Origin: a virus
Lineage: Duplodnaviria > Heunggongvirae > Uroviricota > Caudoviricetes
Strand: one strand, 5' to 3'
DNA: 64,000 bases
Virus record (IMG/VR): IMGVR_UViG_3300048593_000385
In this document: in pieces, positions 35,381-43,470 of the stretch
Layout: each line of letters begins with the position of its first letter
Position numbering within the stretch: the stretch's first letter is position 1
The notes under the pieces: generated by a model
The model's database searches: none
The model's input: only the letters and a program-made list of their open reading frames with translations
What the model was told of the DNA's origin: nothing
Program-made: the position numbers and the translations under genes

Positions 35381-35456
35381 TGGTGCCTTCGGAGGGAGTC
35401 GAACCCCCGACACGTGGATCTTCAATCCACTGCTCTACCAACTGAGCTACAAAGGC
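35381..35456 (-). tRNA. tRNA-Phe (GAA)
   Basis: Anticodon arm GTGGA-TTGAAGA-TCCAC, T-arm GGGGG-TTCGACT-CCCTC, CCA encoded. Confidence 0.65.
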
Positions 35457-35548
35457 AAATAAAAACTCCTTAACAAATGCGTTTCCTAGGACACAAATGT
35501 TACCGCCTGTCAGTTCAGGTCGGAACTTAAACCAGAGGTCGGAGTCAA

Positions 35549-36565
35549 TTAGATAATTATTGCTGCCGTACAATTTGCACATATCTCACGATATGCTCGT
35601 TCAACTGTAGCGGCATGGGCATCGCTGCCCCAAATTTCTCGAATAGTTTGGGTGTTAATGTTTCCAAACTTATAGTCGAAATTATAATCGTTACAACAAA
35701 GAATCACGTCACCTGCTGCATTGATATGCAGCCATTCGGTGGTTCTGTCGCCCCAATTTCCACAACCGACAACGGTGCGAGTCTCGAGTCTGCGTTCCTG
35801 CATCTCTTTGTTAGAAATATAATCAGAAAGCAAACCAGTGCGATCCATCAACGAACCTTTGCCGACATTAAACTTGGGGAACCTTCGATCAGCGATCACC
35901 CACTGTCGTTCCCACTCGCCATGTTCTCTGTCTAAGTTAATATCAAGTTCGTCAAACTTTGGACCTTTGGTTGTTCGACCATTGAAATCTTCAGTGTTAA
36001 CACCGTTGACATGGATATTGAGTTCTATAAGCCCATGCAGAGTTTCTCCTGCATAATCCAGATTCTCCATCAATTCGTCGAACCGTCTTTCAGGAAACCC
36101 AGCACGCTTTGCCCACAGTTCCTTCTCAAAAGCAGGAATGTTCAGCCCAATATGAGGAACAACATCTTTATACTCTTTGATCAGATCGACTTTTTCTTTG
36201 TTCAGGTTCATACCATTACTGAGAATAAAAGTCTGCAGCTTATATTTTCTGGCAAGTTCCAACAGCCCAGCAAAATCCTTATACAAAAGAATCTCGCTAT
36301 AATGAGTTGTCATAAACAAACTAAAGCTGCGATCAACAACACCTTCTTCTTTGTCTCGTTCTTCTACAAATTGCTTGAAGATTTTCTCGACAGTTTCCAA
36401 AGGCATTTGAACCATGCCTTCTTCTGGCTGAGGAATATATCTTACAGGGCAATACCAACATTTGGCATTACAGAATCCAAACACATCAAGCTGAAGCATT
36501 TTGATCTTCGCCTTGGCGAGTCTAGATTGCACATAAGTCATATTACTGTCGCTAGAAGATAACAT
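35549..36565 (-). CDS. Radical SAM domain protein (Cys-rich C-terminal, SPASM/twitch-like)
   Basis: 338 aa. CNAKCWYCP matches the CxxxCxxC radical-SAM cluster motif near the N-terminus. The C-terminal CGNWGD ... CCNDYNF ... CANCT gives an auxiliary cluster signature. Confidence 0.7.
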   Translation of the reverse strand: MLSSSDSNMTYVQSRLAKAKIKMLQLDVFGFCNAKCWYCPVRYIPQPEEGMVQMPLETVEKIFKQFVEERDKEEGVVDRSFSLFMTTHYSEILLYKDFAGLLELARKYKLQTFILSNGMNLNKEKVDLIKEYKDVVPHIGLNIPAFEKELWAKRAGFPERRFDELMENLDYAGETLHGLIELNIHVNGVNTEDFNGRTTKGPKFDELDINLDREHGEWERQWVIADRRFPKFNVGKGSLMDRTGLLSDYISNKEMQERRLETRTVVGCGNWGDRTTEWLHINAAGDVILCCNDYNFDYKFGNINTQTIREIWGSDAHAATVERAYREICANCTAAIII

Positions 36566-36719
36566 TTTAATTCCTTTTTATGAGCGACCACCCACAGTGT
36601 GCCTTGATCAATTACTTCCGGACGCTTGATCTTCCTAGATAGTCTTTACTGTTGCAACAGCAAGCGCTACCCTTTTCTCTATGTGGTTTCCCACGAGGTT
36701 CAGCAGAGGTGGTCTATAA

Positions 36720-36795
36720 TGGTGGAGGATAACGGGATCGAACCGTTGACCTTCTGCGTGCAAGGCAGACGCTCTCCCAGCTGAGCTAATCCCCC
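36720..36795 (-). tRNA. tRNA-Ala (TGC)
   Basis: Anticodon arm CTGCC-TTGCACG-CAG.., T-arm AACGG-TTCGATC-CCGTT, CCA encoded. Confidence 0.65.
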
Positions 36796-36944
36796 AATTC
36801 TTTAAACACAATTTTAATATTCGAAACTTTATATATCTCTGCTAAAACCGTTTCATCTGTAAATGCCGCACGATTCAAAGGTGTATCGGGCACATACATC
36901 ACACATTCTGCAGATTCGCTTCTCATATTCATATCCTAGAATAA

Positions 36945-37020
36945 TGGTGCCCTCATGAGGACTCGAACCCCAGACCCCCTGCTTACAAGGCAGGTGCTCT
37001 ACCAACTGAGCTATAAGGGC
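36945..37020 (-). tRNA. tRNA-Thr (TGT)
   Basis: Anticodon arm CCTGC-CTTGTAA-GCAGG, T-arm CTGGG-TTCGAGT-CCTCA, CCA encoded. Confidence 0.65.
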
Positions 37021-37205
37021 AGTAAACTTCTTAAATGACCACACTGGCTACTGAGATGTTGCCACGCACACTGGCAGTAATTTCGCTCTTTACGTTCCTA
37101 TCTTCCCCCGAGCGCTTGGTCGCCACAGGAACTTCCAGTGTGGTCATCTAAAAGGTCTAACAATTTCAAAGAGCAACGTATTTAGTGATTTTCTCACTAT
37201 AATTC

Positions 37206-37234
37206 ACTATAACTCGAAATAAATAATATGTCAA
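37206..37234 (-). promoter_or_regulatory. Early promoter cassette copy 9, perfect consensus (TTGACA-17-TATAGT), driving the tRNA sub-cluster
   Basis: Minus strand reads AGTGCTTGACATATTATTTATTTCGAGTTATAGTGAATTATAGTGAG. Confidence 0.6.
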
Positions 37235-37245
37235 GCACTATTTTA

Positions 37246-37323
37246 TGGTAGGGGTAGTGGGACTCGAACCCACACTGTGGGGATTTTAAGTCCCCTGACT
37301 CTAACCAATTGGCCTATACCCCC
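37246..37323 (-). tRNA. tRNA-Leu (TAA)
   Basis: Anticodon arm GGGGA-CTTAAAA-TCCCC, T-arm GTGGG-TTCGAGT-CCCAC, CCA encoded. Confidence 0.6.
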
Positions 37324-37324
37324 A

Positions 37325-37400
37325 TGGGGTGATCGACGGGTAACGATCCCGCAACTCCGGATTCACAATCCAGCATGTATCCATTAACACCTCGACCACC
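37325..37400 (-). tRNA. tRNA-His (GTG) with encoded G-1
   Basis: Anticodon arm CTGGA-TTGTGAA-TCCGG, T-arm GCGGG-ATCGTTA-CCCGT, an extra 5' G pairing opposite the discriminator (typical of bacterial tRNA-His), CCA encoded. Confidence 0.5.
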
Positions 37401-37507
37401 ATAAACTCTGTGTGGAACAGTCCCCGCTGCTCTGTATTACTGTTTGCTCAATGGGGTTACATAAGGTCGACCTCATCTCTTTTCTATGCAAACAAACCAC
37501 GCAAACT

Positions 37508-37596
37508 TGGCGGAACGTCTGGGAGTCGAACCCAGTCTACCCTTTACAGGTAGTACAGATTAGCAGTCTGCTGCATTACCGTCCTGCCCACGTTCC
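37508..37596 (-). tRNA. tRNA-Ser (GCT), long variable arm
   Basis: Acceptor GGAACGT/ACGTTCC, anticodon loop CTGCTAA, long variable arm, T-arm CTGGG-TTCGACT-CCCAG, CCA encoded. Confidence 0.55.
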
Positions 37597-37602
37597 TATG
37601 TC

Positions 37603-38400
37603 TTACTTTACGTTGACAATACCCTTGAAGTCATAAGGAACAACGATGGTGTTAACCTTGCCGTCCTTAATCGCTTCAGCAATCGTCACGATAGCAGTAG
37701 CTTCCATATACTTAGTTGCGCCAGCGTTAGCATTCAATGCAGAGATACGCTGTGCTTCAAGTTTTGCAGTAGAAACTTCTACTTCCTTACGCTTGTTTTC
37801 ATTTTGCGCTTGGACCAAAAGGTTAGCAGACTGCACGATATTGGCTGCAGGCTTGACCTGACGAACCAGAACCTGTGAGATAGAAATTGAGTTATCTAGC
37901 TTTTCAGATGCGAGGCTTGCAATAATTTCCTGACGAACAAGCTGTTCGATTTCAGCACGATTGTCTGCCATCTTCAGTGACTCGTAGCGACGAGCAACCT
38001 TGTATGCAGCATTACGACCCAACTGACGAATGTAGTTATACATCAACAGCGTATCACCTTCTTCGGTGTCAGCGTGGAAGCCACGATTCTTCTCGATGTA
38101 GAGTTCGGCAACCGAACCTGGATTGATCGAGTAGATGACTGCCATGTCGAAGTCAGCAACGGTCGAGTTATCTGACGCGAGTGGAGTCAAGTCAGCAACG
38201 TCAACAGAAACGTCCTTGGTAGGAAACGTCATAACATCGCCAAACAGTGTCTGGTTGATTGATCCTGGCATCAACTCTGTGGTTTCAATGGTCTTGTCGA
38301 TAGCACGACGAACACCTACTTCACCTGTTTCAATTCGAGTACAAGCAGCAGTCGTAGCCATGAGACCAGCGAGCACAGCAATCTTAGCAATACGATTCAT
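37603..38400 (-). CDS. SPFH/Band-7 (prohibitin/HflKC-like) domain protein with N-terminal signal-anchor
   Basis: 265 aa with an N-terminal hydrophobic segment, followed by a domain with SPFH-type periodicity and a C-terminal Ala/Gln-rich coiled-coil. Confidence 0.6.
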   Translation of the reverse strand: MNRIAKIAVLAGLMATTAACTRIETGEVGVRRAIDKTIETTELMPGSINQTLFGDVMTFPTKDVSVDVADLTPLASDNSTVADFDMAVIYSINPGSVAELYIEKNRGFHADTEEGDTLLMYNYIRQLGRNAAYKVARRYESLKMADNRAEIEQLVRQEIIASLASEKLDNSISISQVLVRQVKPAANIVQSANLLVQAQNENKRKEVEVSTAKLEAQRISALNANAGATKYMEATAIVTIAEAIKDGKVNTIVVPYDFKGIVNVK

Positions 38401-38412
38401 AATATATCTTCC

Positions 38413-38637
38413 TTAAAACAAAACGATAATAGCAAGAGCAAATAGCGACGCGATTGTCGCAATGCCCAACGAGTAACTGGCCAACTTAACAAACTCCATC
38501 TTTTCTTTTCCGGTCAGCCGACGGAAAATATCAATGCTTGTATATAAAATTATACACATTGACAAGAAAGCAAAAATCATTTTACCCATAACAATCTCCA
38601 AAAATGGTGGACGGTCTGGGGTTTGAACCCAGGACAC
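38413..38637 (-). CDS. Small membrane protein
   Basis: 74 aa with two TM segments. Confidence 0.35.
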   Translation of the reverse strand: MSWVQTPDRPPFLEIVMGKMIFAFLSMCIILYTSIDIFRRLTGKEKMEFVKLASYSLGIATIASLFALAIIVLF

Positions 38638-38680
38638 ACAGGTTAAAAGCCCGTTGCTCTACCTACTGAGCTAACCGTCC
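38605..38680 (-). tRNA. tRNA-Lys (TTT)
   Basis: Anticodon arm ACGGG-CTTTTAA-CCTGT, T-arm CTGGG-TTCAAAC-CCCAG, CCA encoded. It overlaps the predicted start of the small membrane ORF. Confidence 0.6.
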
Positions 38681-38684
38681 GAAT

Positions 38685-38760
38685 TGGTAGACCCTGTTGG
38701 ATTCGAACCAACGACCTGCGGATTAAGAGTCCGATGCTCTACCGACTGAGCTAAGGGTCC
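38685..38760 (-). tRNA. tRNA-Lys (CTT)
   Basis: Anticodon arm TCGGA-CTCTTAA-TCCGC (first pair mismatched), T-arm GTTGG-TTCGAAT-CCAAC, CCA encoded. Confidence 0.5.
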
Positions 38761-38768
38761 ATTAAACT

Positions 38769-38984
38769 TTAACCGATGTAGATCCGATGACGTTCGGAAT
38801 CTACAGGAGCGCCGACTACACGATGCTCGATGTAGTAAAAATCGATGAATTGATCGCCGTCACGAGTATACACACCGTAGGCAGTCCGTGCTTCTTCTTC
38901 AGATGCATACACGCCCAACAACAGCGAACCGTGGTGATCAAACTCACCTAACAATGCAAAAACTTCCATTTCGAATTCCTTCAT
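38769..38984 (-). CDS. Hypothetical protein
   Basis: 71-aa ORF preceded by cassette copy 10. Confidence 0.35.
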   Translation of the reverse strand: MKEFEMEVFALLGEFDHHGSLLLGVYASEEEARTAYGVYTRDGDQFIDFYYIEHRVVGAPVDSERHRIYIG

Positions 38985-38996
38985 TTCCTATTATTC

Positions 38997-39025
38997 ACTC
39001 TAACCTAGAATTAAAAATAAAGCAA
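38997..39025 (-). promoter_or_regulatory. Early promoter cassette copy 10 (TTGCTT-17-TAGAGT)
   Basis: Minus strand reads ACTTCTTGCTTTATTTTTAATTCTAGGTTAGAGTGAATAATAGGAAATGAAGG. Confidence 0.5.
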
Positions 39026-39054
39026 GAAGTATTTTCAAAAATCGTCCATCAAAC

Positions 39055-39555
39055 TTAGCACACGTACTCATAATCCTCTTTATAGTAATTTCTTACCATT
39101 TCTTCCAGATCATCGTCAAGTTCTAAGAATGTTACTGTTTTATGTAGTCTAGGTATATCAGCGCCTGTAGACCCAAATATGGTCTCTAGAAATCTAATAC
39201 TAGTTTCGTACTCAGAGAAGGGAAGAATCGTTAAATTCGGCACATTCTTATACCACTCACACTGAGGTTTAAAGAGCATTAAAGGAGGGTCGCCAGACAT
39301 TAAGCCTGTAATAATCTCTCTAGCATCCCATACTGTTCCATCCTCGTCAGTCTCATTAAAGAACTTCACAGCAGACTTAAACCGATCTACAGGGTCTCTC
39401 CAAAATGCATACACATTATCGAACTCCCCTTGTATATCTTGGTATAGTATATGAGGTTCTAATATGCTTACTCGCTCACCAACTAGAAATTCTCTGGCAG
39501 TTGTGGACCCACACTTAGGCACTCCAAGGAGTAGGTTTCTTTGATTTTTTAACAT
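39055..39555 (-). CDS. Sulfotransferase-like protein
   Basis: 166 aa. N-terminal LLLGVPKCGSTTAREFL resembles the 5'-PSB (PAPS-binding) motif PKxGTT of sulfotransferases. Confidence 0.45.
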   Translation of the reverse strand: MLKNQRNLLLGVPKCGSTTAREFLVGERVSILEPHILYQDIQGEFDNVYAFWRDPVDRFKSAVKFFNETDEDGTVWDAREIITGLMSGDPPLMLFKPQCEWYKNVPNLTILPFSEYETSIRFLETIFGSTGADIPRLHKTVTFLELDDDLEEMVRNYYKEDYEYVC

Positions 39556-39583
39556 TTGTTTTTACAAAACCTAATAAACAAAT

Positions 39584-39659
39584 TGGTACGGGTAACAGGG
39601 TTCGAACCTGTGACCTAACGATTATCGGTCGTTTGCTCTACCAGCTGAGCTATACCCGT
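39584..39659 (-). tRNA. tRNA-Ile (GAT)
   Basis: Anticodon arm AACGA-CCGATAA-TCGTT, T-arm ACAGG-TTCGAAC-CCTGT, CCA encoded. Confidence 0.6.
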
Positions 39660-39660
39660 A

Positions 39661-39737
39661 TGGTATCCCGTAGGGGATTCGAACCCCTGATCTCTGCCGT
39701 GAAAGGGCAGTGTCCTAGACCGCTAGACGAACGGGAC
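39661..39737 (-). tRNA. tRNA-Glu (TTC)
   Basis: Anticodon arm CTGCC-CTTTCAC-GGCAG, T-arm AGGGG-TTCGAAT-CCCCT, CCA encoded. Confidence 0.6.
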
Positions 39738-39738
39738 A

Positions 39739-39813
39739 TGGTACCTCTGGTTGGACTCGAGCCAACAACCTTTCGCGTATGAAGCGAATGCTCTACCGTT
39801 GAGCTACAGAGGT
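39739..39813 (-). tRNA. tRNA-Met (CAT) with A1-U72 (could be elongator Met or Ile-lysidine)
   Basis: Anticodon arm TTCGC-TTCATAC-GCGAA, T-arm GTTGG-CTCGAGT-CCAAC, CCA encoded. The 5' end overlaps the last codons of the 39793-40227 ORF. Confidence 0.55.
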
Positions 39814-40227
39814 GTTTGATACTGCATTACAAAATTCAACAGAACCATAATTGTGCCAGTAATTATTGATCATAACTCTCATATTGTGGTTTTGTTTTGC
39901 GCCAAATTCATAGATCCAAGCAAGAATCTGAGAACTGATTATTGCATCAGTTTCTCTGAATTCATAATATAATCCATCCTGCCATTCTCTAGTAGTAATA
40001 ATAACCTTTGAGATGTCAGGACGCATCCATTCTGGGAATACATCTTGCCGTAGCCAATCACAAGAATAGTCAATGCAAGGATCCTTTGGTCTATCTTCGT
40101 AGATAGTGCATCCATTGCATAAAAATTGACAGGGTCGTCCTGGGAACATATCATATCCCAGAACGCTCCCCATATGCCAACCTTCGCAGCATGCAGTGCA
40201 ATCACCGCATTGTCTGACTTTCTCCAT
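39793..40227 (-). CDS. YkgJ/UPF0153-like CxxCxxCC Fe-S/zinc-binding protein
   Basis: 144 aa. QCGDCTACCEGW matches the CxxCxxCC signature, with further Cys pairs (CQFLCNGC, CIDYSCD). Confidence 0.5.
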   Translation of the reverse strand: MEKVRQCGDCTACCEGWHMGSVLGYDMFPGRPCQFLCNGCTIYEDRPKDPCIDYSCDWLRQDVFPEWMRPDISKVIITTREWQDGLYYEFRETDAIISSQILAWIYEFGAKQNHNMRVMINNYWHNYGSVEFCNAVSNTSVAQR

Positions 40228-40234
40228 AGAAATT

Positions 40235-40813
40235 CTATGCGCTTGTTTTTAACCAAGCCAGAATGTTTTCTGGTGACGTTTCGCCGTATGGATCAGTGTC
40301 AGCATTATCGCGAGGATCAGGTTCGATGAACCATTTCTCAATCTTGCCGTTGTTCACAACACAAGCATAACGCCAAGAACGCTCGCCAAAACCAAGATTG
40401 TCTTTCTGAACCCGCATATGCATCTTGCTAGTAAACTCGCACGATCCGTCAGGAATTACCTTGACCTTCTTAATCTTTTGAGCCTTAGCCCAGCAGTTCA
40501 TTACGAATGCATCATTGACTGAGATGCAGTAGATATCCTTGATACCCAGAGCCTTAAACTCGGCGAAGCTGTTTTCAAACCCAGGAAGCTGCATTGTCGA
40601 ACAAGTCGGAGTAAATGCACCTGGAAGCGAGAACAGAACAACACGTTTGCCAGCGAACAGATCAAAGGATGTCACATCTTCCCAACGATAGGGATTGTCA
40701 CCTTCAATCGAGTTATCGCGAACACGAGTCTTGAAGACTACGCTAGGAACTACCTGAGGTAAGTTTTCGCCTTCTTCATCCCAAGAACGCTTAATCTTAA
40801 TTTTTTCTGTCAT
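40235..40813 (-). CDS. Peroxiredoxin (Prx5-like, AhpC/TSA family)
   Basis: 192 aa. VVLFSLPGAFTPTCSTMQLPGF contains the peroxidatic PGAFTPTCS motif of Prx5-type peroxiredoxins. Confidence 0.8.
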   Translation of the reverse strand: MTEKIKIKRSWDEEGENLPQVVPSVVFKTRVRDNSIEGDNPYRWEDVTSFDLFAGKRVVLFSLPGAFTPTCSTMQLPGFENSFAEFKALGIKDIYCISVNDAFVMNCWAKAQKIKKVKVIPDGSCEFTSKMHMRVQKDNLGFGERSWRYACVVNNGKIEKWFIEPDPRDNADTDPYGETSPENILAWLKTSA

Positions 40814-40835
40814 ATTTAAATCCTCAAATTAAAAA

Positions 40836-40913
40836 TGGAGTGCCGAGTGGGATTCGAACCCACGACTGGAAGGATTTGCAGTCCTTTGCATTTGACCACT
40901 CTGCCATCGACAC
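40836..40913 (-). tRNA. tRNA-Cys (GCA)
   Basis: Anticodon arm AAGGA-CTGCAAA-TCCTT, T-arm GTGGG-TTCGAAT-CCCAC, CCA encoded. Confidence 0.6.
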
Positions 40914-40917
40914 AATT

Positions 40918-40991
40918 GGTACTCCCGAAGGGATTCGAACCCCTAACCAAACCGTTATGAGCGGTCGGCTCTACCGTTGAGCTACAGGAGT
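40918..40991 (-). tRNA. tRNA-Met (CAT), second copy, A1-U72
   Basis: Anticodon arm GACCG-CTCATAA-CGGTT, T-arm AGGGG-TTCGAAT-CCCTT, CCA encoded. Confidence 0.55.
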
Positions 40992-40992
40992 A

Positions 40993-41069
40993 TGGTGCGC
41001 TGTGCAGGACTCGAACCTGCTGCCTCAAGATTAGAAGTCTCGCGCTCTATCCAGATGAGCTAACAGCGC
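40993..41069 (-). tRNA. tRNA-Arg (TCT)
   Basis: Anticodon arm CGAGA-CTTCTAA-TCTTG, T-arm GCAGG-TTCGAGT-CCTGC, CCA encoded. Confidence 0.55.
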
Positions 41070-41077
41070 AATAAACT

Positions 41078-41272
41078 TTAACTCTCCGATGTCATCAAAA
41101 AGTTGTTTGCCGTATCCATCCAGTCAAGAGCCTCAGGATCCAGCTTAACACCATTGCGATAATCATTGATGAGTTCGCAAAATGTGCGCTCGATTGCAGT
41201 ACGAGAACCGTCATTAAGAGCAGGAAATTTAAACACTAATACTTCAGTCATAATCTTTTTTCCTTTTCGCAC
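41078..41272 (-). CDS. Hypothetical protein
   Basis: 64-aa ORF between tRNA-Arg and tRNA-Asn. Confidence 0.35.
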   Translation of the reverse strand: MRKGKKIMTEVLVFKFPALNDGSRTAIERTFCELINDYRNGVKLDPEALDWMDTANNFLMTSES

Positions 41273-41278
41273 AATAGT

Positions 41279-41353
41279 TGGCTCCCTGAGAAGGATTCGA
41301 ACCTCCGACCAATTGATTAACAGTCAACTGCGCTACCGCTGCGCCATCAGGGA
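41279..41353 (-). tRNA. tRNA-Asn (GTT)
   Basis: Anticodon arm GTTGA-CTGTTAA-TCAAT, T-arm GGAGG-TTCGAAT-CCTTC, CCA encoded. Confidence 0.6.
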
Positions 41354-41369
41354 ATAAACTTTATAATTC

Positions 41370-41398
41370 AATATAACCTATCTAATTAAATAAGTCAA
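41370..41398 (-). promoter_or_regulatory. Early promoter cassette copy 11 (TTGACT-17-TATATT) upstream of tRNA-Asn
   Basis: Minus strand reads CCTTGACTTATTTAATTAGATAGGTTATATTGAATTATAAAG. Confidence 0.55.
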
Positions 41399-41551
41399 GG
41401 TTTTATTTAGGAGAAAATCACGATTTTTGCCAAACCTTTTTCAACTTCCTTCTTGCGAGCAGCCTGACTCTTGGACACTTGTTTGTGTCTCATACTCATT
41501 CCACCTGCCCATTCGTAGCGCTCGAGCAAGACTCCATTGATATCCATATAC

Positions 41552-41977
41552 TCAGGCATCAGCAGCCTCCGACACCCACTTGGCGATTGAACCGTACTTG
41601 AGGTTCAATTCGTTCTCAAGAATCTCGAGACCATAGAAATCGAACTCTCGTTCACTGATGCCTTCGGCTTCGGCAATGATCTCGATCGCACGCTCGCGAG
41701 TGGTGCCTTCGACAAGGTACATCGTGGCTGCAACACGAGCAGTAAACTCCAGGAATGCCTTCTCCTGCCGATCCTGTTCGTAAGCGATCTGCTTATCGAG
41801 TTTCAACGAGAGATACTCGAAGTCAGCATCGAATGCTTCGACCGACTCAAACGTAGGATTATATGGACGACATCCATACACTTCCTTGTAGAGATCCGAG
41901 TAGATGCTTGCATCTTTCGAACCAGTGGCGGCATCAATATCGCGAAGAGTCAACATAATCAATTCCCTTTCAATCAA
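41552..41977 (-). CDS. Hypothetical protein
   Basis: 141-aa ORF, acidic, preceded by cassette copy 12. Confidence 0.5.
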   Translation of the reverse strand: MIERELIMLTLRDIDAATGSKDASIYSDLYKEVYGCRPYNPTFESVEAFDADFEYLSLKLDKQIAYEQDRQEKAFLEFTARVAATMYLVEGTTRERAIEIIAEAEGISEREFDFYGLEILENELNLKYGSIAKWVSEAADA

Positions 41978-41988
41978 CCTTATATTTC

Positions 41989-42017
41989 ACTCTAACCTAT
42001 TTTTTAAAAAAAGTCAA
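41989..42017 (-). promoter_or_regulatory. Early promoter cassette copy 12 (TTGACT-17-TAGAGT)
   Basis: Minus strand reads AGTCCTTGACTTTTTTTAAAAAATAGGTTAGAGTGAAATATAAGG. Confidence 0.55.
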
Positions 42018-42041
42018 GGACTATTTTTGGTCCAGACATTT

Positions 42042-42548
42042 TTATTTTTGTCTAAAGTGACCTTTCATATTGAACACGATATTGGCCCGAACAAACGTAT
42101 CATCCTGTATTGTCGCAGCATGTTTCTTGAGTCCATCAAACAACACAAAGCGATTGGCGACACTATCAACCTTGGTGTCTTCTACTATCGTAGGTCCATT
42201 GTTGGTATTGATGTAGTATATGCCTGTATAGTGAGGTTCATCAAAATCCACATGCATTGTTTGTGGCTTTATTTTGCCTTGGTTTGTGCACAGCGTACAG
42301 TTGATCCTCATCAGATTATCGATCACAAAGCCAAGCTTGTCATCCATAAAATACAGCACTGGTTTGATGTCATTGAATATAGGAGAAGTGTGCTCTTTGG
42401 CTATGACTTTGTGGACGAAATAAAATTCATCTTTTATATCGACGGAAGTACCTCCAGGCATATAGTTCCAGTTGATCTGATCACCCAACACAACATTTTT
42501 TAAGTCGTTGTATAAAGAGTCAGGCAAAAAATCATCAACAATCCACAT
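42042..42548 (-). CDS. 2OG-Fe(II) oxygenase superfamily protein
   Basis: 168 aa with an HxD motif (QTMHVDFDEPH) and a distal His (GLKKHAAT), consistent with the small 2OG-Fe(II)/PhyH-like oxygenases common in marine phages. Confidence 0.5.
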   Translation of the reverse strand: MWIVDDFLPDSLYNDLKNVVLGDQINWNYMPGGTSVDIKDEFYFVHKVIAKEHTSPIFNDIKPVLYFMDDKLGFVIDNLMRINCTLCTNQGKIKPQTMHVDFDEPHYTGIYYINTNNGPTIVEDTKVDSVANRFVLFDGLKKHAATIQDDTFVRANIVFNMKGHFRQK

Positions 42549-42563
42549 AGTTTAAACTTTCTC

Positions 42564-42851
42564 TTAAATATATTTTAGAAGTGGGTCGGTCGCCTTGACG
42601 TTTCCTTTTTGAATTTCGTACTCTAGTCGGTTCTGAATTGTTTCGGTGCCGTCTAGTTCTTCTATCGTGATCGTGGTCTCGTTGGCTCGTCTAAGCCAAC
42701 AAACTCGGTCTTGATCCTTTTTGAATTTGCGTTGCCGCTGTTCGAACTTTCCTAATTTTTCTATTTGCGCTCTGAGGTTTTGATACTCCTCGCGCATCTC
42801 GAAAATTTCGTACGATTCTAACTCTTGGAAAAGTGTGTAAACGTCGGTCAT
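42564..42851 (-). CDS. Hypothetical protein
   Basis: 95-aa ORF preceded by cassette copy 13. Confidence 0.45.
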   Translation of the reverse strand: MTDVYTLFQELESYEIFEMREEYQNLRAQIEKLGKFEQRQRKFKKDQDRVCWLRRANETTITIEELDGTETIQNRLEYEIQKGNVKATDPLLKYI

Positions 42852-42871
42852 GTTTCGTTCTCCTATTATTC

Positions 42872-42900
42872 ACTCTACCTTATTTTTAAAAATAAAGCAA
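42872..42900 (-). promoter_or_regulatory. Early promoter cassette copy 13 (TTGCTT-17-TAGAGT)
   Basis: Minus strand reads AATTCTTGCTTTATTTTTAAAAATAAGGTAGAGTGAATAATAGGAG. Confidence 0.5.
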
Positions 42901-42903
42901 GAA

Positions 42904-43326
42904 TTATTTTTTAGGATTCTTTACAGCATTCACATGGACCGAGGAAATCTTGACGCTTACCCAATCGTTATAGAAATCTTCCGATAGGATGGCATCGTGC
43001 TGGAAAATCAGCTTTGATTCGTAGTAGCTGCACTCGGATCGGTTGTAGCATATACGCACGATCTCTCGGGAGAAATCTTCTTTTCCGAATTCTTCTAATG
43101 CTCGTGACATTGAGGGGGATGATCCGTAGTAGTCTTTCCAATCAGACTCAAGACGGATCTTCTTGCGTTTCTTGTTGACAGTTTTGTATCCAGCTTTGGT
43201 AAAGAACTTTCTTCCGATGTATCTTTTACCAGTGGATATCTGAGTGATTATGTAAACGAACCCATACGCATTTTCAGGGATTTCTTCAAGAGCCTGACCT
43301 TGGAAAATCCAAGGCATCAATCCCAC
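42904..43326 (-). CDS. GIY-YIG domain nuclease-like protein
   Basis: 140 aa. YGFVYIITQISTGKRYIGRK matches the GIY-(x10-11)-YIG spacing of GIY-YIG homing-endonuclease/Seg-like proteins. It is short, with no obvious DNA-binding extension. Confidence 0.5.
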   Translation of the reverse strand: MGLMPWIFQGQALEEIPENAYGFVYIITQISTGKRYIGRKFFTKAGYKTVNKKRKKIRLESDWKDYYGSSPSMSRALEEFGKEDFSREIVRICYNRSECSYYESKLIFQHDAILSEDFYNDWVSVKISSVHVNAVKNPKK

Positions 43327-43329
43327 TCT

Positions 43330-43470
43330 TCATCTTCAAGCAGCTCTTCTTCTTCCTCTAATTCATAACCACAAAACGGACAGAAGCCAATGCTCTCATG
43401 ATTGTCCGAGATTACTCTGAATTCTAAGGTACAATTTCCACAGGTTGTCCAATCTTCTTTTTTCGCCATA
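43330..43470 (-). CDS. Small zinc-ribbon protein (about 47 aa), not in ORF track
   Basis: Hand translation gives MAKKEDWTTCGNCTLEFRVISDNHESIGFCPFCGYELEEEEELLEDDE, with CxxC ... CxxC and an acidic tail. End coordinate approximate. Confidence 0.3.

Noticed and set aside
39939-40256. 105-aa alternate-frame ORF overlapping the YkgJ-like gene
   Set aside because: It lies entirely within 39793-40227 in a different frame, and the Cys-motif frame is the coherent one.
41552-41977. A RegA translational repressor homolog, expected near gene 43/44/62 in T4
   Set aside because: No ORF shows RegA-like sequence. My initial impression was not borne out on reading the candidates.
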